Source: the human T2T-CHM13v2.0 reference genome, Homo sapiens
NCBI RefSeq assembly: GCF_009914755.1
Contig: NC_060934.1
DNA length: 64,000 nucleotides
Strand: one strand, 5' to 3'
The notes below the pieces were generated by a model. That model did not search any database and was not told the origin of the DNA. It saw only the letters and a list, made by a program, of their open reading frames with translations. A program made the position numbers and the translations under genes. Position 1 is the first letter of the stretch. Every line of letters starts with the position of its first letter. Below are positions 43,571-55,500 of the stretch, in pieces.

Positions 43571-46500
43571 GAACAAGCCTCTAAGCTCACGCTGGGCTCT
43601 GCCCAGGGCAGTGGTCTGTGTCCAGGACTCAGGGGTCCTGGGGGCAGCCCGGAAGAGGTTTCCTTGCTCCCTTACAACTCTCTCTGGCTGGACTGCATGG
43701 CCAGCACACAGGAAGGGCTGGACTCATCCCTCTGCTGGTCTGCAGGGCCAGCCTGGGGTCACAGCCCCTGGACCTCACCCCCAAATGTCCTTGTGCTCTG
43801 AGATGGGGGAAGCCTGCCGAAGGTTTAAGGGTCAAGACCCTCAAGAGCAGTGCGTCCTCTGCCCCAGGACAGACCTCAAGGTGCAGAGGAGTCTCAAACA
43901 AGAGGCAAGGCTGCTTGAGGACTCAGCAGCAGGGGTGTGGGCCGATGGCGGCGACCCTCTATACAGATTCTGATAGGGCTAAAATTATTGATGGAGGTGC
44001 TTTCTACCTAGGAGATCAGCGTTCACACCTCCAGTTGCTGGAAACCGAGGCCACACGAAAAGAAGCCATGAGAGTGACCAGCTCTGGTGACAGGTAACTG
44101 TCACAACCATCAGCCTCCTCAACAGCCCCTCCACACAGACCACGCGCTCCTCCCTCCATCCTGGAGTCCTCAGGCAGTGACCCTAAGCAACTAGACAGGG
44201 GTCACATGTGCCCCCATTAATCCAGTTGCATCAAGAAAAACGGCTGGAAGAAAATGGAAAAAGCTCAGAAAGATCTTTTTGTGGCTCTTTGGGCTGGGAC
44301 TGCGTTTCTCACATCTGAAACTTTGCCCCCAGGGTGTGTCCTGAGCTGAGCCCTGTGCAGGCTGCAGGCTTGGCTGTATTTTGTGAAGACAAAGATATGA
44401 AAATGGCCGCAGCCCCATTCGTTCGTTGTTTCTGATGATCCCTGCTGCATCTGGTGCAGGCAGGGCTCGGGTGACAGCACGTGACACGGGGAGATTGCTG
44501 GCTCGCAGCCACCGCCGGAGGGCTCCGCGACTTGTGCCATAGCCGGCCAGGTCAGCCTGAGAGCGACAGCCGACCCCACCACCTGCCAGGTGCTGCCACT
44601 CACGCGGGCCTGGAGCCCCCATTTGTCTGTGTCACCGGGGCTGGTGGGCCGCACTGGGGTCCCCGCAGCATACGCCTTCCTCACGTTGTCACTCTGGACT
44701 GCTTGGCCAGCAAACTGGACTAGAAATAGGAGCCTATTGTGTGTATGCACAAAACCCACCAAGATAAGGCAGGTAGTTCGTGGACTGAGAAAAAGCAAAC
44801 ATACATTAAAAATAGCCAAAGCATCCGAAAATAAAATAGATACTGAAAACAATCCCCAAACCCCAAACCACCCCACTATAAGCAGTGCAACACCGCCCAT
44901 CCCGAAGGGGAGAAGAGAGTCAACTTCCAGAAGGGCGTTCCTTGTCCCTCCGATGGGAGGGAAGCACTTGAGTTAGGCGGCACCAGAACGAAGATGCGTT
45001 CAGGCTGGCGGCGTCCCAAACAAGCAACACTGGATTTCCAGATGGCCGCGTCCTGGACCAGAGGCCGGTGGGACTGCCCAGCCTGTGCTTTCCTGAAATG
45101 TCAACATTATCCTCCACACACACACCGTCTACTTTCCCTGCTGGCTCCGACAGATCCAAATGTGACTGCGGATTCTGTGGAACCTACTGTACAAAACGTA
45201 CAGCCATGTACACAGCTGAAGCGCTACCAGGGACGCCAGCCCCTGCCCCCTTCCCGACAGGGTGTGGGGGATAATGCCACAATCAGCATACGATAAGGAA
45301 TGAGGAGGGAAACTGCAGCTATGGGGTGGATCATTTAACAGAGACATTTGATTTGCTGGCTGGCTTCTGCCTGCAGACTTCCCTGGCACTGGCTCGCTGC
45401 CACGCAAATTAAGTAAAAATCAATATCCTCCGGTCTGTAAAACATCGTGTTAGCAATCACACTGCAAACAACTTATATAATACCCCTCACTCCATACCCA
45501 AATAATGGCGAATGTTTTTGTTAAAAGGCAAGTCTAAAATAAACAGGAAAAAGAAAAGAAAAGAAAAGGCAATCTTACAGGTTCCTCCTTCGGCAAAACC
45601 TTTCCACGACTTGGGTGAGGAGATAATCTTTCTGTGATTATGACCAAACCCTCCTGTCACTTAGCAACACATAATTAAGGAATATGTTTTCAGATCCGCT
45701 TTGCAAGCCCGGCCATTATCAGATGAAATTACTGGAGCAACAAATGTCATCGCCATGCAAATCAGTTGGTTGCAAAGAAAGAATGTTTGACTGAGAGAGC
45801 AGGCACAGGCCCTCGGAAAAATTATCTGACGTCCCTCCTGCCGCACATGTATTTGAGAAAGTCAAATAATGATGTGATCAGACTTCAAAAAAATCCATGA
45901 GACAAAATCAGAATCTATACGACAAAGCAGAAAATCAGGCCAGTTGCTCAGTCTCCACTTGGAAACAAAATGCAAAATGCCTGGAGGTCATCTCTAGGAG
46001 GTAATATTAATAGCACACACGGGCCACACAGCGATGGCAGAGAAACTTAAGGTGGTCTCTGCAGGGTTGTGAGGTCCAGCGCCTCGGTCCCCGCCTACAG
46101 CTGCTTCAGGGCTATTTTCAAAAAGGTAGATCTTATTGTTTCATCCTGATTTTCACAAGCTATTCAGGAAAAAAAAAAATCATTTGAAAAGGATTCTGTT
46201 TTCTGAATGACGTAGGGGAGGCTGGCGGGGAGGAAAGAATTATGTTTGAAAGGAAGAAAACTGATTTACATTTTAAATTTGTGGTCAAGACTCTAGAGTT
46301 AAAATAAAAATTGTAAATGGTGCTCTGAGGACGCCCACCTAGGACTTCATCCACAATGTCCAAGGAAACACACGCCATAAATCACACCTGGCACATGTTG
46401 TGAAGAAAACCACCTACCATCACTCTCCCTTTCCTGGACTTGGAAATATATCCTTCCCTTCAAGCACGCGGAATTCCCAACTGTATTTTCTGATATGAGA

Positions 46501-47104
46501 GACTAAATCTGTTTTTGAAACTGAGTTCTGAGGGATTTCAACATCTTGCTTTGTTTAACCCACAAGTATGCAAACACACACATTTTCATCTCCACGGTGG
46601 GTAATCACTGCCTCTGATACGGCGTGCGGACCCGTGAGAGGTACGTTTCCACATGATCACGCCCTTCTAAATGGAGGATGCACACTTTACAGCCAGCATT
46701 TGATGAAACATTCCTGCCTTCTCCAAAGTTCCCTAGTGTGAACTACAGAAAGGGCCACCCCTCGTGAGCTCAAGGCTGCAGTCTGTTCTGAGTGACTTGC
46801 GACTTTCTCCAAGAAACACAGTTGAGTTTTACCACCGTAATGGGAAATCTACACATCAACCCGACCTCAACTAAAGAACAGGAGGGCACTGCTGCCCCAG
46901 CAGATCTGGCCTGACACACAAATCTGATTAACTTAAGAGAAGCCGTGTCAACTGGCCACAGTGCTGCGTCCTTCTTGTTTGGTGGTGTGTGTGTGTGTGG
47001 CCTGGTGAGTGAGGACTTGCCATCCTATGTTCAAACTTCTACAACCCCGCACCCCCCTGCTCCCCCCAGGTCCCCAGGCAGGGCAGGCGGGGAGGATGTA
47101 TTAC

Positions 47105-48782
47105 TTGGTTCTGGTGCAAGCATGGTGGACACGATGATGGGTGCCCCTGTGCGCCGGGCCACCTTCTCGTACGGTGAGTGAGGCGTGTGGAGGCTCTGGC
47201 TGGCCGGCGGCAGGGTGGATGGCCCCAGGGGTGCACCTGGCTTCCGCAAGACCTGGGGGCTGCCGTGAGGGCTGGGCAGCGGAGAGGCGGCCACGTTGCG
47301 CTCCCTCTTTAGCAGCTCCATGGGCACCGTGTATGCCGTGGAGTAGGCTGTTCTGGGGCCTGGGTGAAGGGGGTTTGAGGGGCCCGGGTTAGTCAAGGCC
47401 ACCCCTGCCTGCAGGGGGTGCGTGGGGCTCAGACGCGCTGTCAGGGCGCAAGGGGTGGGAGAGCTGTACCCGGAGTTGGAGGGGAAGTGTGGGGCATGGG
47501 TGCCCACGCCAGGGGCAGAATAGGTGGCTGCCGTCTCCAGGAGGTGCTGAGATGGTGCGCTGGAGGGACGGCGAGCCGGGTCTCCAGCTCGGGGGGATGC
47601 TGTCTGCAGAGGAGCCGCAGCGCCCAGAGAAGCCAAGTCACCATGGAGCAGTTCGCTTCGGTGGCTGAAGCTGCTGGACCGCGCCCGGGGCAGCGGGCCC
47701 CCCCGGTCCTGCCTCCGCAGCTGCATTTCGGTCCTGCAGCTATTGGCCAGGCGGCTCAGAACACGGGCCTGGCCCAGGTTGGGTGCGACAGACTTGATAT
47801 CCGCGTCCTCCAGGGTAGCCAGGACGGCCGGGGAGTCAAAGCCCTGCTGCAGTAGGGCTCCCAGCGTGGCCTCTGCCAGCCCCTCCGCCCGCAGAAAGGC
47901 CAGGAACTCAGGGAGCACGGTCCTCTTGCCACCAGGACCCTGGAAGGTGGACAGGTCAGCTTCGTAAGTCTCGTAAGCCATCTTGGATGGGATGCTTTCC
48001 CGGGCAGGCCCGTAGCCACGATTCAGGGCCCCTGGGGCCACCCCTGTGCTGCCTTCGGGGGCAGCAGCTGAACTGGGGTCCACAACCAGGCACGTCGGGG
48101 CCACCTGTCTGGCAGGGGCAGGGTCAATGGGTCTTTCGCTGATGTCGCTGAAGACCTGGCTGAGGGGGTAGGCAGGCACCTCCGCCCCATACCTGGTGTC
48201 GGGCTGCTCCCGTCCATACCGCCCGGGAGATGCAGCCCTGCTCTGTGTCTGCCGCCCCTGAGGGATCATTTTACCTCCAGGATCCCGGTACAGGTGACCG
48301 GCGTCCTGCAGGGCAGGTGACCGGCCTTGCATTGGATCCCATGACGTTCTGCTGCCAAGCACTCCGTAGCTGGGGACCGGCCGGCTGACTCCTGGGTCCC
48401 GATAGAGGGGAGGCTCTTTGGGTACCCTAGCAGCTCCAGACGGATCACTGTAGTACTCCCGTGGCAGCAGGGGGCTGCGACCAGACATCACTGCCTGTCT
48501 GCTGTCGTAGAAGGTGAAGTCAGGAGTAGACCCCTTTCTTGCAGCCACTGAGTTATAAACGGCCTCCCGGTACAGGTAGGGCTCGGCGGCCACGGGCAGG
48601 GCAGCGTCCTGTGGTCGGTGGTTTGGCTCAAACCAAGTCCCCTCTGCTGTGCCATACGTCAGGGAGCTTCTCCTCCCCAGAGGCCGCAGGGACTCGGCGT
48701 TCTCCCAGGGGCCCTCGTACCACCCAGCAGCATCCCAGCTCTGAGAACGACCAATATTTATATGCCTGCTGGGAACTGGCAT
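47105..48782 (-). CDS. CTBP2: RIBEYE A-domain exon of CTBP2 (559 codons + 1 nt; spliced product 985 aa)
   Basis: ORF MPVPSRHINIGRSQSWDAAGWYEGPW...IIVSTMLAPEP; CCAA|GTAATA phase-1 donor at 47104. 559+1+425 = 985 aa, the known human RIBEYE length. CpG-rich. Confidence 0.95.
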
Positions 48783-48929
48783 TGGAAAAAAAATGACTGT
48801 GGATGAGGCAGAGGAGAAGCTTTTCTTTATAAATCTTCAATTACATACATCAAAAACAGACCTGGCTGTGTGCTAACCCTTCCGAGACGGCAGGGACAAC
48901 CAACTGGGGGTTTTCTGTTTCAAAGCATG

Positions 48930-49890
48930 GCCTGAATTATTAATCCTCCGAAACCTTAGCAGACAAAACATAAGACTCACGGTAACTTTGCCTCACTCCC
49001 CAACGATAGCCAGAGAGGTCTGTTCCTTACAGCTCAGTCCCGGAGAGGAGGCTGTCCCCAGCCTGCCAGGTCCCCCTTCCTGGCTGGTGTGCTCACATGG
49101 ACCAGGGCTCTCTCAGCATGCGGATTAGGAGCTAAATAAAACCCTAAAGCTTTGTTCCATGTGACATCTCGTTAGACTGATGAAGCCGGTGGCTTGCTCT
49201 ATCCAGCCCTCCCAAGCTGCAACTGGGATTTACTTCCACACTGACGCTCAGGTTTATACTCCCTCTTCCAAGCACCAGGGTACTTTTAGGATGAACCCTG
49301 TCTCCCCCTCTGGAAGGGGCTGTGCCCACCCCTGCCACTGATTCCTGAGAGGTAACAGAAGCAAAATAAGGCTGCTTCAATGTCAGTCCACTCTTAATCC
49401 ACCGTGATGAAACGTTAATCCATGGCACAGCTAAACACAAATTAAACATGGATAAACAGAAAAAGGTCCACACGTGATCCTAGGCCATGGATGCCTAGCC
49501 CAAAAAAGGGCCAGCTCTGAAACCTGATGCTTTGATAATACTGAGATCTGGCTTTGAGACGACTCTTTGGTTGTGAATCAAACGGGTTTCCGAGCTCAAG
49601 CCCAAATGCATTCTTTACCTTATTACTGTGAAACACAGATGGGCTCATGCTGCCGGGGGGCCGGGGAGTGCCAGGGAAGGGCGTGTGTAATCTGGGATTT
49701 AAAGTGACTGCAACAGAGGTCACAGGAACAGGAGGATGGGTGACTAAACCTTACACTGCAAAGCAGAACTGGGAAGCGGCTGCATCTGAATATCTCATCT
49801 TCCTTTAGGTATGTCAGGATGAAAAGCCTAATTCCAGCAGGCTTAGATCCTGCAGATGCTTTTCCATATTCACATGGATTAAGCTTTCAG
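48930..49890 (-). promoter_or_regulatory. Putative RIBEYE (photoreceptor/bipolar) promoter with clustered CRX/OTX K50 homeodomain sites
   Basis: TAATCC/GGATTA at 48941, 49122, 49395, 49416 and 49876; TAATCT at 49688; MAF/NRL half-site TGCTGA (minus strand) at 49113-49118. Confidence 0.65.
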
Positions 49891-50122
49891 AGTCCACAAA
49901 GGACTTCAGGCGCAATAATGCAAAGAACAGCAGTTATTTAGATAAAGGAGTGCCCCGAAGTATTAAGACATTTCCTTAAACATATGGAACAGTACCAGAG
50001 AAGCAACATCCCAGACTAACACGGTAGGTTCCTGCCCTGCAACTGCAGGATTCCCATGACAAAGAATTCACAGCAAAAATAAAAGCCGGTGATTAGGAAG
50101 CTACAAAGGCTGTATACATTGA

Positions 50123-50596
<474 letters not shown>

Positions 50597-51164
50597 TAAG
50601 CCACCTTGCCAATTTCTTTCCTCCCCTTGTTGTAATGAACAACATGACCTTATGTGGTGTTAGTACTATGCTACCCCACTCATGGTGCATGCACACCCCT
50701 CAAAGATGGGTGGATAAACTTGGAGCATTCCGGGAAAATCCCCCATGCCAAGTCTTTTTTGTAGCAGGGTGAGGTAGCTCTGTTGACTCACCAGCTTCTT
50801 TGCTGTCTGGTTTTCAGCTCAGCAAGTTCTCAAATGTAAACAGGGCTCTATAGAAGAATGTTTACCCGGTAGCGCCTAAGAAACCAGTAATGATTCTTCA
50901 GAGAGGTTATTGAGCTGGTGTCCAAGGGGTGATCGCAGGAGCAGGGCAGATGTGGGCAGATGCGCTTTGGGGCAGCATCAGCCTCCCATTGAACCAGGAG
51001 GCCCAGCTTCCATTTCTATCAACTTTCAACCTGTTCTGCTTGGAAACCACCCAAACTCGCACAGCCTTGGCTCTGAGATTTGACAAATATTATGACAGAT
51101 GTTTTCCTGCGCTAGGTAAAAACACCTGTAACTGGACTCACTTTTCCAAACACTCTGGTTACAC

Positions 51165-51197
51165 AAACACCACACACACACACACACACACACCACA
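51165..51197. repeat. (CA)n microsatellite
   Basis: Seen directly. Confidence 0.9.
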
Positions 51198-52171
51198 CTC
51201 CAGTCTTTTAGAAAGGACTGCTTTTCTTAAAAATTCTCATGTTGACTAAAAGTGAGATGGGACCCATTAGAGTAATACATCTCACGGGCTTAATTTTTTA
51301 ATTCTGCCAAAACCCTCACTATAGAAATTATGTCAAGTAAAAATAAGATGATTGTGTAACATAGCTGTGTCGGGGAGAGAGGCGATGTCCACCCAAAGCC
51401 AATTCTGAAGTCCCTGTGCGACACAAGGTGTCAATTAACAACAGAGACCTACAGAGATCCAGACAATTCCAGAGATGGATCCAGACAGTTCCAGAAGAGC
51501 TGGGAAGAGAGGCCAGGATGGGGATGATCAGTGGGTACCCTCCGACGGAGCAGTCTTTGGACAAACTGCCAACAAGCATTTCATGTTCCCATTGGAATAA
51601 TCATGCAGGAAACTGCTTGAAATGAGAGAGAAAACATGACTCTGGGGTCTAATTCTCACTTTTATAGAAAAAGAAGAACAGGTGGGATCAGTGAGTCTGA
51701 AGGTTGCAGTAACATGAGGGCCATTTGGCTCAATGGTGTGTCCCTCTTAACTGTGTTGTCACCCGCCCACTTGGTGGGCTGCCAGGTTTGTCTCAAGGCC
51801 TTCTCAGGGAATAGGTCATTCTCAGGAGGCAACTTAAGTTCCCAACTGAAGGAACTTAAGGAACAGCTTCCCCAGGGGGGTCCTGCACCTGCCTGGGCTT
51901 CCATTCCCTGATCCTGCCTCCACCAACACAAAGGGCCAGGGCAGCTCTGAAGGTGATAGCGGAAATAACATCTCAGGAGGCTCTTCAGCGCCTGCTGCAT
52001 CCCAGGACGGAGCCACCACAGTGCCCTCTATGTCTCCCACAGCGAGCTGCAGAAGTTAGCGGGTAACACGGTTTTCTGGCAGACACAGGGCAGAAAAATC
52101 GGCCTATGGCATACCCATTTCCTGCTTTTAAATGTGGACAGCTTGTGCTGGATTTTTGTCTGCTTCTGTCA

Positions 52172-52543
<372 letters not shown>

Positions 52544-55500
52544 CTACCCCCTGCCCCCGAACGTCCTCAACCCAAAGTAGCCAAGTTGGCTAATCTAACG
52601 CAAAGGGTGGGAGGCCACACCAAATGCACTGGTTACATAGCAAACACAAAGTCTGGCTGGGTTTTAAAGCAGCCTTCGTCTAAATCACGCAAGCACACAG
52701 CAACAATTAGCAAAACTGCCCAGACATTGTTTCAGGTATCAAAGGGGCTGAGTGCACCGTGCACCCTTGCTTGCACACTGAGTGCTCTCACCAATTTCTG
52801 GGCCTGGAGCGCGGAGGCTTGGGCACCCACGCAACGCGCCAAAGGAAGTCAGGAGAGTGACGTCGAGTGTCTGAACCAACCCAGCCTTTTTCAGATTAGC
52901 TGCATCCTAAGAAGCCCCAGTCCTCATGTCTCTCAGTATTTAGCCATGGTAAGTGAAAACAAAGGCCTGCACATTGCTTCTGACTCAATTTCTTAACTAT
53001 ATTGTAAAGCTTCCTGGGAACTGCATTATGAAAATTAGACCACTCATTATGGGGTTTCAAAAGAAAAAAAAAAACAAGCCCATTCTCTTGCACTGCCCAT
53101 TTTGAAAGTGTTAGTGGAGCCAAAGTGTGCAACGGGACCCCAGCTGGGATGCAGGACAGGCCTCACCTTGGACCATGTCAGGATTCCCATTTCTAGCAAT
53201 GGAACACACTCAACCTCAAGAGGCTGTGCTCAGCTCTGGACAGCACCCGGCACAAGACGCTCCGCACAGTAGGTGCTCAATGAACACCACCCCTTCTGCT
53301 CTTTAGCAGCTTTTCCTGCAGATTCCCAAAGTCTCCACCTCACCTCCATGGTGACCCGCCCCATCACACTCCACTGTTTGAGGTCTCCTCGGCTGTCCTG
53401 CGATCAGAAGGTCCCAGGATGCCGTCCTTCCTCTGGTTTTGTGAGCAATGCTCCTAATCAGGGCTGGCTCAGCGAGCCCTCCCCCATGAACCTTTCTCAG
53501 TCCAATTCTGTCACTTTGTCCTTAGTCCAAAAAACCTGCCACTCCTCAAGATGAGAAAGGCACCCCAAAAATAGTCCAGGGCATGCATGTGCCTGTAGAG
53601 ACAGGCCAAGGCATGGCCGCTTAGCCCCTGACCTGCGGAGCGGAGCGCACCCCTCCCTCCACAGCACGTGCTCCCTCCATTCATCACGTGCTTTTCATTT
53701 TGTTTGACACCCGGGCTGTAAATCAAACTGTCGACTATGACTCAATGGTGATGGACGGCTGGCCTCAAGGGAGTGTACGGTGTGATGGGGAAAAACGACA
53801 GAGACATGGACACAGTCCCCAGAAGCCCCTCCCCACAACCACTTCAGCCCTCTGAGCCTGAGCCCACATCAAAGCCCAAAAAGCCCCATTTGCAAGCCTG
53901 GGCATGGTAGGCACTAAGCTAGGCAAAGCACCCACCGCCCAAATACAAATGGCTGCCTGACAGAGACCTGCTCCACCTGAGCCTGCACACGGACAGTTTC
54001 AGCACACGGGCCTTGATGGGACGGTCAGCCTTTCTTAGGATACGAAAGAACTGACTCTCAGCCTCACTCCCAAGTCTCGGATAAATCTGCGTCACCCATC
54101 CCAGGTTGCAAATGGGAAGGGAGGGACCCTCCTGGCACAGACATCTCTTCAACCGGAACACGGAAAACAAAACCCTCAGGTGATGAGAAACAGGCTGGAG
54201 GGACAGGGAGTGTGGGATCCCACTGTGCCCCAGCGCTGGACACCCAGAATGCTCTCCCCTCTCGGCATCTTCACAGCCCAGCTGGGGTGCTCAGCCAGGC
54301 TCCTGCTGGATGTGGAAGGGCTGAGAAAGGCACGTGAGGTCACTCTGTAGATGGAGATGAGACAGAGACAGAGGAACGCCCTCGAGCGCGCACACCAAGG
54401 TGCCTGAGCTTTAGTAGCAAGCGAGCCAAGTGGTAGAAACCAATCAGAGAGGAGTCTCATTTCACAGCTTAACACTGTACGTTCTGGAAAAGGAGAGAGG
54501 GCAAGAAGCCGGCAGCAAAATGTATCTTGGGGTTCTGGTTCACAGTCACCCCAAATACCTGTCAATTAGGTTGAGCTGTGTGAAGCGCGCAGAAGGTTCT
54601 CCGCATTCGTGCGGGCTGCTGTCTGCTGCTGTCTGGCTACCCTGGGGCCTCCTCCAAACACGGAGACTACGGATGCACTGTTCCCCCCGCGGCACTCCTT
54701 CCCCCTGCCCACCCCAAGCACTGCTCCCCTCAAGGCACTGACTTGGCCTGAAACTAGAGATGCTCTTTTCCCAAAGGTGCCGGGACCAAGAGGACAGGCA
54801 CTGAGAGTAAAGCCCTGGGCAGCTGGGCCCAGGGGCTCCGGGCCACACTGTGGGAGGTTTCAACTCAATCATCGATGGAGACAGGGCACCACCAACCAGG
54901 CGGTGGGAAACAGCGCGATTCACTGTGGTAGGAGCAGGAGCTGAAAACCGCAGCTGCAGAACCAAACTAGAAGGCGGTGATGAACCCCCAAACCCCAGCC
55001 ACAGACTCCAGTTGCACTACACATCCCTGGCCCCCCAAATAAAAGCAAAGTGGCCTTAACATGTTGCTATTAGAAAAAAGTGGTGAGTATGAAGACATCC
55101 GCCCATCACCAAACTGACCGGTGCAAAGAGACGCTTATGTTTGTGCTTGAGAAATGAGTAACAACAGAGAAATAAAACACCGAACCTGATTCACAGCTGC
55201 AGAACGGGAGGGCAGTCTATGAACCCCATCCCCAGAGTCGGTGGAGGAACAGGTGGGGTGAGGGGTTCCCTGGGGAGGGGTCCCCCACTCTGAGTTTCTC
55301 TTAAAGCCGGGGACAGATAAGGCAAAACATGAAACTTTACCCCTTGCAAAGAACCGCACTTTTGTCTGTGAAGCTTTGCCTTGGCTGTTTCCTGAACCTT
55401 TACCTTTGCATAAGATTGTTTGGGTATGTTCATTTGTGCTTTGGGGTTTTAAGGCATGTCTAGTTGACTATTGTATATTTACATAGCTAATGTAATTACA

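Noticed and set aside
44604-44719. Possible cassette exon (ctatttctag/tccag acceptor, GTGAGT donor) within ORF 44265-44900
   Set aside because: In the required phase it hits TGA or shifts the frame; no independent support, though a poison exon cannot be excluded.
48826-48833. TTTATAAA as the RIBEYE TATA box
   Set aside because: Only about 45 nt from the ATG and downstream of the proximal CRX site; more likely inside the leader, and not decidable without TSS data.
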